64,000 bases of DNA. Source: Lytechinus pictus (Eukaryota). The stretch is taken from assembly GCF_037042905.1 (NCBI RefSeq), contig NC_087252.1, positions 2,854,001-2,918,000 on the forward strand. Reading direction: 5' to 3'. A program made the translations under genes and the position numbers. Under the pieces are notes generated by a model. It saw nothing but the letters and a program-made list of their open reading frames with translations. It made no database searches and was not told where the DNA came from. This document shows, piece by piece, positions 14,101-27,841 of the stretch (the first letter of the stretch is position 1; every line of letters starts with the position of its first letter).

Positions 14101-15548
14101 TCATCATCATCACCACCATCATCATAGTCGTCATCATTATTATTATCATTATTATCATTATTGTTATTATTTCTATAATCATTATCGCTATTATTATTAT
14201 CATCAGCATTATTCTTCTTATTATTATATATTCATGTTTTATTTAAAACCATTTCTCGAAGCCAGCGGATAAATTGTACACAATTTAAATTTAGAAAGAT
14301 GCAAAAGTGATCATGAAAGTCATAAAACTGAAACCCATAATAAAATGTCACATGAATAATCAGAGATAAAATGTGATCAGAGATTTAAAAAGAAAATCCA
14401 GGGAGAGAAACTAACATATTTATTATCTAAAAGTTAAGATTGTGAAAAAATTCAGCATGGATACAAAATTCAATCCCTTAAAACGTGTAAAATCTCAGGT
14501 AATGCTAACATAGATTTGGGAACTGTAAATTTACTAGATGCCAAATAAATAAAATCTTAAGTATAACTCAGTTGTTTTCTAAAATGTGCATGTTGTGACA
14601 TAAATTTGCAGAGATCTCAATACATTTTTTTCTTCCAGATTGTTAAGCGAGACAAAATAGAAACATAAAAATATAGAAAATGTCCGTAAAAAAATATAAA
14701 CTTTTTACCCGAATGCATCCAATATAAAATTGATCAAGCTATGAATTTGTAAAATAATCATATAAAAACCTGTAAATATTCTATTTCAATATTGAATTCA
14801 GTTTTAATATTAAATAATGAAAGACTGAAAATTTCAATGTTCCTATACATGTATTTCAAAATTATTGTTAAAACATGTTGTATACCAAGGATTTCATTGC
14901 AGTCAAAATTACATTCCATTTACTGCCTTGAATGACAATTGAATAAGAATTAAATGACATTGATGACATTGAAAATAATTCACAAGAGTTGACATTATGA
15001 ACATTTGAAGTATCATCACCAACGGCATGAAATCGTGTTTGATGTTTAATATATTATATATATTAAATCAGTAGCCTTATTAGATAAAGGAGGACATTTC
15101 GTCTTGCAGAACATTTCGGCATAATGTTGAAATTTTCGGAGCGATCGGCTATAGGAGGTCAAGCGCATGTTTATTAAAAGTTGAGTAGATATTACGATGG
15201 ACAAGACCTCATATGGACTTGGTCTTTAATTTATGACGAGTTCTTATAATCAGCGGCTCGAGTGTCACTTAGGGCACATCATGCCTCGCAAAGTAGGATA
15301 TATTTCTTTTTTTTTCTTAAATTGTGTTGAATTTTGATATTTTCTTACATTTTTTTCAGTTGAACTCAAATCAAAGGCCTATGGGGGCTCCATCCCCTCT
15401 ACTCTGTTGGGGACCCTGAAGCGAGTGGGACTGCTTGACCCCGTGCTATGAGGTTCTGTCCGCTTTGCTCGATACCGGCTACGCACATTTAAATAATGAC
15501 TCGGTTTTAAAAACGTCGGAACGTAGCACTTCTAAAAAAAATGATTAC

Positions 15549-16115
15549 AGGGATGGTCCGGGCTGAAAATATGATATCTTTATACATAAAGTAGAATTTA
15601 CTGAGCAAAATGCCGAAATTTCATCAAAATCGGATAACAAATAATATTTTTTTTGAAGTTTAAAGTTAAGCAATATTTTGTGAAAACAGTCGTCATGAAT
15701 ATTCATTAGGTGGGCTGATGATGTCACATCCCCACTTTCCGTTTTCTTATGTTATTACATAAAATCATAAATTTTTCATTATTTCATACTTGTGTGAATA
15801 ATATGTCTACCTTATAATGAAATAAGTTGCAGCAATAAATATCTAATGCACTAAATCAGTTGTCAAGTTCTTGGAGGAAAACAATTGAATAAACCTAATT
15901 TCATATAATAAAATACAAAAAAAGAAGTGGGGATCTGACATCATCAGTCCACCTAATGAATATTGATGACGACTGTTTTCACAAAATATTGATAAATTTT
16001 AAAATTCAATAACTTTGTTATTTGTGATCCGATTTTGATAAAATTTTTGGCATTTTGCTCAGTGAATTCTACTCTATTTATTAAGCTATACATACTTTCA
16101 GCCCGGACCATCCCT
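15549..16115. mobile_element. Kolobok/T2-type MITE, extensively palindromic
   Basis: Perfect 20-bp TIR AGGGATGGTCCGGGCTGAAA; flanks TTAC and TTAA; the imperfect inverted symmetry extends about 200 bp. Confidence 0.85.
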
Positions 16116-16185
16116 TTAAGCACCCCAACTATGAGAGAGAATAAGAGAGAGAGATAGGGAGAGAGAGAGAGAGAGAGAGGGGGGG

Positions 16186-17018
16186 GGGTAGGGGAAGGCG
16201 GGGTAAGTTGTGACACTTTTTGCTTTTTGCATGTTAGAATTGATATAACTAATAATATTGTAGAAATAAGTACCTTGACTTAAAATTTAATTCTTGGGAA
16301 ATATTTTTCACCTATATATAACTTTCTACCCCACACTGAAAGTCATTGTCACCTAAAAAAAAGAGATGTCAAATGGCCCACCTTCTGGGGTAAGTTGAGC
16401 CACAAAAACTATGTACAAAATGTATGGGGAAAGAACCAGCATGTCATTTTTTTTTTACTTTAAAGTCTTTTCACTCGCTAATTCTCTATAATGTCTATCA
16501 TCCTCTAAAAGGAAAACAACTGTCATGTGAATTTTCTCCTTTCTGCCTGTATATCGATGGTTTTTAAAGTTTGTTTGTGTTTTTATATACATTATCATAC
16601 AATTACCATGGCTCAACTTGCCCCATGTTGGCTGGCTCAACTTACCCCAGTCCGAACTTAATGCGATTTTTTTTCACATCCACACATTTCATATGCATCC
16701 ATCATGTAAAAGACTACGACAAGAATGAGGATCCATATACCTGGACTAACAATATTGTTCTTATGTCTTTTTTATATTTAAAGACGTGTGTGGGTAAAAC
16801 GCACTTATATATTTCACACCCCTTTTTTTTAATTACTTTTTTGGCTGAAATTTGAGTTTTTCCCTCTAAAAAAGTAATTTTTGTTTCAAAGTTGAAAACA
16901 ATGTGGTGAGGTTAGGGGTTATGCAATGGGCCATCAATACATGACACCACCTCAATGTCTGACTCATTCATTATTGGCCTGGGGCTGGTGGCTCAACTTA
17001 CCCCGCCTTCCCCTACTG
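16186..17018. mobile_element. Non-autonomous TIR element (Tc1/mariner-pogo-like termini)
   Basis: TIR GTAGGGGAAGGCGGGGTAAGTTG / CAACTTACCCCGCCTTCCCCTAC; internal copies of the GGGGTAAGTTGAGCC motif near 16387, 16611 and 16634. The superfamily call is tentative. Confidence 0.75.
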
Positions 17019-20000
17019 ACTGAATTATACAATAAAGAGATCATGTGATTAAATAGAACATAATAGAAGACAGGTGTTGCACATTAAGAAATTAATTAAG
17101 CTTTGGATAAACGTATGTGATCCACAAACAATTTATAAAGAGTATTTGCTGGAAATCAATATAAGCATGGATTTATTCAGAACACCTTTTGTATATTCCA
17201 TACCTGTAATTAATGCCATCAATGAATTATTCAAACATGGATAGTTTTCTTTAGAACTAAAACGAATATGCCTCAAGCGCGATCTTTTATGATAATTATC
17301 GAATTCCTATTACCCCTACAGCTAATTCCAAAGTGTTTGTCGGATTGGGCAGCAAATCCCGCCTGCCAAGTTTCACTTTGGTATAAAGCCAATCGCTTTT
17401 ATTCGTTTGTTACTCGCAGTATTCCGTTTGATTTTTTGGCAACAATAACACAAAGGATTGTCTTTTTTTTTACTAAAAATGTTTCCGAAGACAATGGCAA
17501 AGCTACATATACTTTATAGCGGTAGCATACTGCTTAATGTAATTCCTTATTAGGATGGTTTGCCTTTCATGAGCAGTTAATCTACCTTTTGAAGTTAAAT
17601 AAAGTAGTGCATCTATATACTTTTCAGATTTTGTAATCCTCCTGCTGGGAGGGGGTGGATCCAGCTTATGGGGGGGGGGGGGGGGGTTATAAATATTTTC
17701 CCTGATCGGTCTTTCGAAAAGCCAAAAGCTCTATTTTGTTATCGGGTAAGTTTTGGAACATTTTAGCTTTATTTTGAAATCAAGATAATGTATATAATAA
17801 CGCATAACTAATTTTTTTTAAACGGGGCATTTTAATGAACCTTTTTTCCATTAAGGGGATATAATAAAAAAATATAGTGAGATCTTGACTTTTGTACTAC
17901 TATATTGGCTTAACAACTAGATATTTAAGCGCCATTTAATCTTCTTGAGCAGGATTTGTGTCTCGTTGACCAAAGCGCGAGTCTAAATTTCCCATAAGTG
18001 ACATGACCTATAAGGTTGTCTATACTTACCAATTATTTCCGTCACCTAGTTTAATTCATTTTCTTCCTCCTCTTTTCTTTCTTATTTTTCTCCCCCTTCT
18101 CTTGTTTCGTTCTGTTTCCTTTCCCCTTACTTTACCCCGTTTTTCGTTTTTGTTCCATTTGCGCTGCCATAATGGGAGGGAGGGGGGGGGGGGTATGGGT
18201 CAGTGAGGGGCCTACTGTTTTCATGTTCATGGAGTACAAGTTCCAATTGCCTGTTAAAAATCTTGCCATGTGAAAATAGTTTGGGTCTTTTTTGAAGGGG
18301 GGGGGGGGGAGGGCTGAAGATTGATATCCCTATTCTTTTTAGCAATGTTTTTATTTGTTTTTGCTTGTAAGAGAAATCTATGCATTGTATATGAGTGTAA
18401 TGAAATCGGATATCCACTCCGATTTCCAAACTGGGACTATGAAGTAAAAAGGTAACATATTTTGTATTTGTTCTTTTTGCAAGGATGATAATCATGACAG
18501 TAGTCTTTTTCATTAGAAACATTGATCGTAGCGCGAGGGTGAATTATATGTGATCTCACCGGGAAAATGAGGCACTATCAAATATCGAGAAAACAATAAA
18601 CTTCGTGATTATGGGGACTATAAACTAAAGAAGAGATGATCAAAATACTATAATACTATAATAATTTAGATACAATATTTCCAACATAAATATGAAGATT
18701 TGAACGGCTTAAAATACTAGTGAGTGTAATCGAAAAGGCATTAATGATGAGGAGAAAATGGGATTATCATTCGAATAAAATTATGATTTTCTCTGATTAT
18801 GTGATTACAATTAATGATAATGCAGCCATGCCATTCAACTTTACAGAGTTGAATGAATCGTAGAACATTAAGCGTCGAAACGTTACAACCCGAGACAACT
18901 TTGTTATTAATCAAATAGAGAAATGATGAAAGAGAGGAATGTGAAATGAAGGGAAAGAGGGAGAGAGAGAGAGAGAGGGGGGGGGGGGATGGAAAGATAG
19001 AGAGCGAATGAAGGGGAGGAAATATATAAAGAGAGGGAGAAAGAGAGAAGGGGGCAGAAACATGAATTATGAGAGAGCAGGACAGAAAAAAGATGTGATA
19101 GGCAAAATAAACAACCACTTCCACTTTCTTTATCACTTTAAAAACATGAATTTGATGAAATATCGTGATACATTAAAAATAATGTAATTGAAATATTTTG
19201 AAAGCAAGTATACTACTTGTTCTGAAAGCTCATAGGGAGTTATGGCACCGTGACGCACAACGCCTTTAAGAACAGAGGAAACGTATTGTCAAATGTCCAT
19301 CATGACAAAGAGCGACCAAATAGTCTTTATGTTGAATCAAAACAGTAGTTTCGTCCTGGACTCTCGGCAAAATACATGTTTGTAATTTCCGTTAGCTCCG
19401 AAACTTAGGACTAACTGCCGTTCTGTTTACAAATTTTCGACAAAGACTTTCCAGCTGTTCATTGTCTTTTATTGGCATTTGTTACGTTCTTGAATGGAGT
19501 CAGTTCTGTTAGCATATTTTAACATATTAGTGAGGTACTATATCACGTTGATTAGATCTAGGCTGCTCAAAGCAGGGGCAGCGGAACCAGGCAGGAGGAG
19601 GGGGGGGGGGCATGGTGGCTTCAGCCTCAAACTCTTTATTCCTGAACCATGTAAACCTTGTTAAAAAGACACACAACATTACAATATGACTGTGATATCT
19701 TTTTATGATCAGCCCCCCCTCCCCACTTTCGGTTATACTACCCAATTTTCAGAACCGGTCCGCACACCAACCGATCTATATGGGGAGCATTCTACATATT
19801 ACATCGAGTAAGTTATCATGAAGAGTGTTTATTGAAACCTCAATTGAGACAACACTAATGCTGGGGTGTGATTCGAATCCCGCACCTTCTTAAAAACTAA
19901 TCCACACGTAACGTACCTCCATAAAAAGAGAAACGATAAACGAAACTCTTATTTTATTTGACCTGATGCATCGCCAGACAATATTTAAAAAAAAAAAAAA

Positions 20001-20349
20001 AACCCACAATTCTGCCTTCGTAAATCTGATAATTTGCATAGGATATATATTCTCTTAAGGAATTGACCATCGTGTGACAGGTGGATAAAACTAAAATCCT
20101 GATGCAAATATTTTTTAAAATAAACATCTCAGGGATCATTGTATTTTTCAAAATGGGCTAATTTAAACAACAATATAAGGAAGATTCTATTCCGTTCTCT
20201 GTATCTATTTGTCATGAAATTGAATATTTGCCCCACTTTTGATGTTTCATAATAAGTTTTAGGACAGAAAATGTTTTAAAAAATGTGTTTTTCGTTGTAT
20301 TAGTATTATTGTATCGTTATAACTATTGTTAATATAAATAGTATTAACA

Positions 20350-20379
20350 TTCTACTACAACAACAACAACTACTACTAT

Positions 20380-20424
<45 letters not shown>

Positions 20425-20512
20425 TTCTCCTCCTCCTACTACTTCTCCTATACTGCTCCTAATACTACTGGTGCTGCTTCTACTACTACTCCTACTATAA
20501 ATACTACACTAT

Positions 20513-20545
<33 letters not shown>

Positions 20546-20682
20546 ACTATTACTACTACTACTACTGCACTACTACTACTACTACTACTTCTACTTCTCC
20601 TCCTCCTACTACTTCTCCTATACTGCTCCTAATACTACTGGTGCTGCTTCTACTACTACTCCTACTATAAATACTACACTAT

Positions 20683-20724
<42 letters not shown>

Positions 20725-21005
20725 TTCTCCTCCTCCTACTACTTCTCCTATACTGCTCCTAATACTACTGGTGCTGCTTCTACTACTACTCCTACTATAA
20801 ATACTACACTATTACTACTACTACTACTACTACTACTACACTATTACTACTACTACTACTGCACTACTACTACTACTACTACTTCTACTTCTCCTCCTCC
20901 TACTACTTCTCCTATACTGCTCCTAATACTACTGGTGCTGCTTCTACTACTACTCCTACTAATAATACTACAGTATTACTACTACTACTACTACTACTAC
21001 TACTG

Positions 21006-21036
<31 letters not shown>

Positions 21037-21156
21037 TTCCCCTCCTCCTACTACTTCTCCTATACTGCTCCTAATACTACTGGTGCTGCTTCTACTACTA
21101 CTCCTACTAATAATACTACATTATTACTACTACTACTACTACTGCTACTACTACTG

Positions 21157-21228
<72 letters not shown>

Positions 21229-21357
21229 TACTACTACTTCTACTTCTCCTCCTCCTACTACTTCTCCTATACTGCTCCTAATACTACTTGTGCTGCTTCT
21301 ACTACTACTCCTACTAATAATACTACACTATTACTACTACTACCACTACTACTGCTG

Positions 21358-21392
<35 letters not shown>

Positions 21393-21605
21393 TCTTCTCC
21401 TCCTCCTACTACTTCTCCTATACTGCTCCTAATACTACTGGTGCTGCTTCTACTACTACTCCTACTAATAATACTACACTATTACTACTACTACAACAAC
21501 AACTACTACTACTACTACCAATAAAGCTGCTGCTGCTGCTACTACCACCACCACCACCGCCGCCACCACCACCACTGTACTACTATTACTACTTCTACTA
21601 CGACT
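20350..21605. repeat. Compound minisatellite: about 7 copies of a ~95-bp unit separated by variable (CTA)n
   Basis: Unit TTCTACTTCTCCTCCTCCTACTACTTCTCCTATACTGCTCCTAATACTACTGGTGCTGCTTCT... near 20419, 20590, 20719, 20883, 21031, 21238 and 21391. Confidence 0.92.
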
Positions 21606-21719
21606 GTTAATGGTTAGTATCGTTATAGTTTTGATAATTTACTTTATCATCATTGTTATTATCATTTCATTATTATTAATGTTATAAGTATTAAATATTA
21701 TCTTAGTCATCATTATCAG

Positions 21720-21830
21720 CTGTGGGCACCAGAATCGGTAGACTAGCTTAGGCGGGGTAACATGGGAGCGCCTTGAGCACCTAGCAAGGTGGATTCGTGC
21801 GCTGTACAAATCCATGATTATTATCAATAA
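21720..21830 (+). mobile_element. SINE 3' end remnant
   Basis: GAGCGCCTTGAGCAC...GGTGGAT...GCGCTGTACAAAT followed by an (ATT)n tail, typical of L2-partnered SINE tails. Confidence 0.5.
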
Positions 21831-22689
21831 TAATAAAATCATTACCATTATTGTTATTATCGTTGCCATTATTATCATCATTATTATCATAATTATTATT
21901 ATTATCTACAGCATATTATCTTTGGCATAATTTTCCATATACTATCTCCTCTTATAATAACATAATGAAAACCAGCTCTCAAAAATAAATTTACCGAAGT
22001 TGGTATAGCAGAAAATCTAGATGACAAAATTTTGCTTGGCTTTGCTATCTTGTCTCAACATCTTTGAATTATTCCAATGTCCCAGCTACTCCCCCCCCCC
22101 CCCCCCCCCGCCGACATACACACATACACACTCCTCCCTGCAGGAGATAATACTATATCCGCCATTGGCGTGATGTAGGTTTTGACAGATTGCGATCCAA
22201 ACAATGCGACAATAGGGCCAATAAGTTAACATCTCACACGTGTCTGGGCCAGTAATGAGGCTGTCACTTAGTTTTATGGCGAGGTGACAACTTGAGGGCG
22301 TGTGAAAAATGACGGTGTGGATGCGCTCATGAATATTCATGAGCCGATCTCTGTGAATTCAGAGTATTCGCCAAAGACTGAAATGCATGAATTTCATGAT
22401 TACTATCACAATGATTATCACAATGATTTTGATGGTAGCGATGATAATGGTTTAATGGTGGTGATAATGATGGTGGCGGTGGTAGTGATGGTTAAATGTG
22501 ATGATGATCATCATCATCATCATTATAATGACCATGATGATAGTAGCGGTAGTGATGATGAAGATGGTGATGATTATGATGACGATGATGTAAATTTGGT
22601 AAATGGTAAATGGTGGTGATTTTTTACCTGATTGTTAGGAAAGCATGAATGCTTGTATTAGCAAGCAACCTCTCTGATGGACCTGATAA

Positions 22690-22785
22690 TGAGGATGAAT
22701 TCCTTACCAAAGGGCACCAGCGCACTAAGTGGGAATTGAACCCGGGTCACCGGAATCCGAAACCGACGGAGCTATCGCGCCTGTC
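22690..22785 (-). mobile_element. tRNA-derived SINE head remnant
   Basis: The reverse strand shows a B-box-like GGGTTCAATTCCC and CCCTTTGGTAAGG; there is no intact cloverleaf. Confidence 0.45.
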
Positions 22786-23339
22786 TATAATATTGATCAT
22801 AATGGATAATGATCATCACAATGATAATCATTACAGTGATTCATATGAAAATTGTATATTCATCATATTTTATGTGTTTTCGGAGATATATACATTTTTT
22901 GAATCAACAAAATAAACCATTCTCATGATTTACCCATTCACTATCTAATTATTTTCATATCTACTCTAGATGTCAATCAATTGCTTTGGTTAAAGTTCTT
23001 GTACAATAGTGTGTAGTTTTTCAAGAATTCAGGAAGATGGTATACCAAATCATGTTTCCCAAAGTAATGCTGTTTAAACAGAATACAATACTCCAAGTTT
23101 AGGTATAAAAATAATAGTCAGCTTTAGCGGGAAAAAAGTGGATACGACTTTCTCTGATACGAGAATAACACAAATGTATTGTTATGAGCTTGCGCAGAAC
23201 AACTTCCAGTCCTCTTGCGCATGCGCACATTTGTATTCTAAGGCAATTAGGTGCGTCACAGTCACTCATAAGGCAGTGTGTGGTTTTACTAGCAGTTTGT
23301 TGAATTACCCTCATAACTTTACTTTTGTTTTTGTTTCCC

Positions 23340-23674
23340 ATTCAACTCATTTGTTTTTCCCTCTCTTTCTTCCTCCAGGATATTTTCTTCACTTTGGACT
23401 ATCGCTTGTGCTACCCGAACGGATCACCTCATTGAAATGTAATAAAGAGGACCTTTCGTAATTATAATTAAGTCTCCACGATCACTGCCTCGCCAAATAG
23501 GATCACCGCTATCGTTATCATCATCCTTCTTATAATTGCCAAAGAAATTGTATAAGATTTAATGTATATTGGAAGCCAGTAGGCCTATACTGCATTCAAT
23601 TTTTCAAAGAGCAGTTGGGGTAAAGGAAACGTTCATTTTTTTCAAGAATATTTCAAGAGGTCTTTCGATCAACA
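23340..23674 (+). other. Splice acceptor and 5'UTR portion of the NHLH terminal exon (exon starts 23379)
   Basis: A long polypyrimidine tract ending tcctcCAG|G at 23378/23379, 296 nt upstream of the ATG. Confidence 0.65.
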
Positions 23675-24127
23675 ATGGTGCTACCTTGTGATTTAGGAGT
23701 CAGGAGTCACAGGGAAAACATCCAACTCACCAATTTGACCCCGGTCAAGCAAATACCACCCGGAAGCGGAAACTTCATTCCTCAGATAACCAACATCACC
23801 ACGGGATCGCACATAGGAGGTCACACCGTTGGGGGCGCCCCATGTTCGAACCGTTTGAATAGTGACATCCAGCCGCAGGGCCGGCCACCGAGAACCGAAG
23901 CGCAGCTTAGCCGCGAGGAACGCCGCAGGAGAAGACGCGCAACGGCGAAATATCGAACTGCGCACGCAACGAGAGAACGAATACGCGTCGAGGCCTTTAA
24001 TGTGGCTTTCGGTGAGCTAAGAAAACTGCTACCGACCTTGCCCCCGGATAAGAAACTCTCAAAGATAGAAATCCTGCGACTCGCGATCTGTTACATTGCG
24101 TATCTCAACCATGTACTAGATGCATGA
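23675..24127 (+). CDS. NHLH1: NSCL/HEN-family neural bHLH transcription factor (co-ortholog of vertebrate NHLH1/NHLH2), single coding exon, 150 aa
   Basis: The C-terminal half [73 protein letters not shown] is recognisably near-identical to the NHLH1/2 bHLH. ATG is in acaATGg context; TGA is at 24125-24127. Confidence 0.96.
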   Translation: MVLPCDLGVRSHRENIQLTNLTPVKQIPPGSGNFIPQITNITTGSHIGGHTVGGAPCSNRLNSDIQPQGRPPRTEAQLSREERRRRRRATAKYRTAHATRERIRVEAFNVAFGELRKLLPTLPPDKKLSKIEILRLAICYIAYLNHVLDA

Positions 24128-27100
24128 AAGTAGGACCGACTTTTGCACGATAATACGTTTTGACTACGCATTCGAAGAGTCCACTTCAGTATGTGACATC
24201 ACTGTCGAGAAAACAATAGAGCAGATCAACATTCACTTGTGCATCAGTTTCAAGAAATAATGGAAAGCCTGTAGGTAGTTTTGGCAAAGATGGATATCTG
24301 TAGTCCTCCGCACTGGAAAATACCAATTGGGTGCATTGCCAATTCAACGATATATTGATGTTCTAAGCCATGTTAACAAGTACTATTGAATTCGCACTAG
24401 TAACATGTTCACATTTGGTACGTTGAATACACTTTCCTAAAATATGTTATTTAGGAAAATGTAATTGCCATCTTCACTGAGCTCAGTATGCCAAGAGTGA
24501 AATGGTGTAAAAGTTAAAGTGACAAAGCTGCATTAAAGCAGATAATGGGAGCGACCACAAATTACACCACAAAGCTTACTACGTGATGATAATGATAAAT
24601 TATTACATGGCGCTTAATAAAACGACGTCTCCATAAGCGATTTACAGTTGTATCATTACCTCTGTTGCCGCATCATTCAGTTCACTACTATTTGAATAAG
24701 GTTTCATGAATGTCTATTGGTTTCTTTTCTACAGTAAACAACATTTTTTGTATAAATTTCCTAAGTAGCATGAAATATATTCATATACCTTTTTTTAACG
24801 GCACTCATGTTTCACTCATCAGCATGTTCGCTGTCATAATATACAAGTCGTCGCCGGTCATCCAAACCGTCGTCAATTTTGGTCCAAAAAAAAAAGAAAG
24901 AAAGAAAAAAAAAATCTATTTTGAGATTTTTGCAGAAAATTTAAGTACAAGTCTTACTCTATTCACAACTAAGTTTCTAGGCAGCAATTTATTTTATTTT
25001 CTGAGATATGAGAGGATTTTCACGGCAATGCCATACATATTTTTAAATAAAATGCGCAAATTCCATTGGAAACGTGTACTGTAACAGAGCGATGTACAAC
25101 GTTTTGACTGACCGCAATTTCAATGCGCGCGGTCAGGCAAACTGTCGCATCGGCCATCTGCGCTGCATTGACTTTGCACGTGAAAAGCGATACGACGTTT
25201 TGACTGACTGCGCGCATCGAAATCTCGGTCAGGGTTGTTGTATTCCCTATGGCGGTTTTGTACAGGGGAAATCTAAACGCTCAAACCGAAATTACAAGCA
25301 TGTAGCTCTTTTGCGATATTTTCTCTGATCCTTGCTTTTGTGTAAAAATAAGGAGACCATTGTCAAGCAATTGTCTTGGTCTTTTCAACCATGTAATTTT
25401 TTAGCACTGAATATGCTGTAAGGCTGGGGAACTAAGTGTGAAAATTATAGTAAACTTTGAAGTCGATTTTCTCTGAAATGGGTTTACACGGTCGTGTGTG
25501 TGATACGACAGTCGGAGGACCGCCAACGAAGTAATTGGCCTTTATCATGTTTATTGGAGGATTTTTTTTCACATAATAGATAGACGTATTGGGCCTCTCT
25601 GAAGAAAGATAGAATGTGTTTGGTTTGGACCTTTTTTATAAGTTGACTCATTCGAAATTATAAACGGTATGTTTTACTCATTATGAAAATAGTGTTTGAT
25701 GTCACCTAATTATGGTTCCCATGGTTTACAGGTGTTTCTGAAATATGAAGATGATATTCATGATATTGGTGCAATTCATTTAGACAAAGGAAGTGTGCAA
25801 TGTCATCTTGGTCAATATATTGGGAAAAATATTGTGTTATTCCACGATGGTGCAATTAAATTTTCGTTATTCACTTTCTGTACAAAATAGGAGGATAAAT
25901 ATAATAAACATGATGAATCTTACACGATTATACAGTTATCAATATCTATTTATATATGAATAAGCATTGTTTTAAGTGTTTTTGCTATTAATATATTTTA
26001 TTAACCGGCTAATCAGTAAGTAGACCTACACTCAATCCCCGCGAAGCGCTATAAAATTCAGAGCCGAGCTGACGAGGAAAAGGAGTTTGTTTGTGTGTAT
26101 ATCTCCATCTGAAGACTGACCAAATATCAAGTTAGCACATTACAAACTACTAGAACTTGGTTTGTTGTAACATGGAGCTAAATTAAGAATATTTGCATGT
26201 GTATTTAAGCATCAGGAAATAAGGTAAAGTACTTTGGATCGAATTTTTAATGTTTATGTTACAAAAACTGCAGAAAGAACAATATCTGTCAAGAAAAACT
26301 GTAATCACAAATCAAACACTGTATACGCATTCTCTTGCATGATCACACCACGGTAAACAAATAATTTTATAAGTTATAATTTTATTCCTGATAAGAATAT
26401 ATTCATCTAAAAACACTACAAAATTTTATATTGAATTACATTTTCTTTCTACACATCGTAGATTTGAAATAAATCATTTTTATACAAAAGCTAAAACTAC
26501 TACAATCTCTAATCATCACACAATTATGGATATTTTGTATTCTTAAAAGCAGGGTGAATTATTCTTTCTGTAGTATATACATCTACTGTTACGCATACGG
26601 TTCAATTGACGTAAGAACGATTAAACAGTAACACGAATTTTGATTATAGATACACCTGATACATTTCATTAAAAAAATCAACTATTGTATAATCGATTAT
26701 GAAGATATGTACAATTTAGCAAGTAACGCACATTCATGCATTTGCAAGGTCAAACGAGAAAAAATATAAAAAAGCGCAAGGGAGATGATGAAAAAGTTAG
26801 TTAAAAACAATTTTTTTTTATGATAACACATATATGCAAATTATGATATGAAAATGTTTCATTGCAGCACAAAATGATTATGATCTTTGTTATTTCCTTT
26901 TCCCGATGTATTGAATTATTTGTTTCCCGACTTTAAAAACCACACACCTTCATTCATACACCCGATCAAACTTTGACGATTCTAAATGTTGGCTTTAACA
27001 GCCATGGGAAGTTTCTAATGCAATCAATATGCGTTGTTCATAAAAAAAACAAAACAAAGGCTACATCTATCTTTTTTTAGTATTATTATTGACTCTGTCA

Positions 27101-27841
27101 TTAAAATGATCTTAAATAAGGGCAAGGAAACGCAATATCCCTTTCGTAAGTATTTCTTCGGCTAAATAACACGCGATAAAGATGACAATATTTATAACAA
27201 CAGTGATGCAACAAGAAAATTCTTCAACTATTGTCTGAAGCATGGAACAAAAGCAAATAATGTACATTGTTTTTTACTGTTCAAGCAAAAAGACCCTTTT
27301 TTCAATTTCAACTATTTAAAAACCGTAACTTCCACTTTCAAAGAAAATATGATGTACCCATAACACCTTTTTATTGTCAATTAACCGATTAATTATAACA
27401 TCTATTGCGACCATCTGAGATAATATATCAAAATCTATTGCAACTATGAATACGAGCTGTATGAAGATTTGCTCTTTCATAATTTAGGCAGGCATCTATT
27501 GATATATAATTTGCTTTTGAAAAATCACTTTGAAAGACATGACCTAATGGATGGATACTATCTTGTACCAAGTTTCGATTAAAACATCGTTATTTACAAT
27601 TTCAAGGTTCTACTTTATAAGGCCGCATCACTTGGCTATCCTTCTTGATAACTGTAAGAAAGCCAATGAAACAAGATTTTGACAATGAATGGCGTTATTT
27701 AATAACTCTCTAAAAATCAGTGAAAATATTCACTGTTTGGAACGACTATTCCCCAACTTTTGGCCATAGTGGGGAAACAAAAATCAACATTTGACCAATT
27801 ATCTAGGAAAGGGCGCCCTCTTCTATGGGGTGTCATCGCGT

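Noticed and set aside
20935..21610. Poly-Leu/Tyr/Thr ORFs as a mucin-like exon
   Set aside because: They are translations of a (CTA)n minisatellite, with frames shifting between units and no splice support.
22700..22785. tRNA gene
   Set aside because: Only a B-box-like remnant is present and no cloverleaf can be formed; treated as a SINE head.
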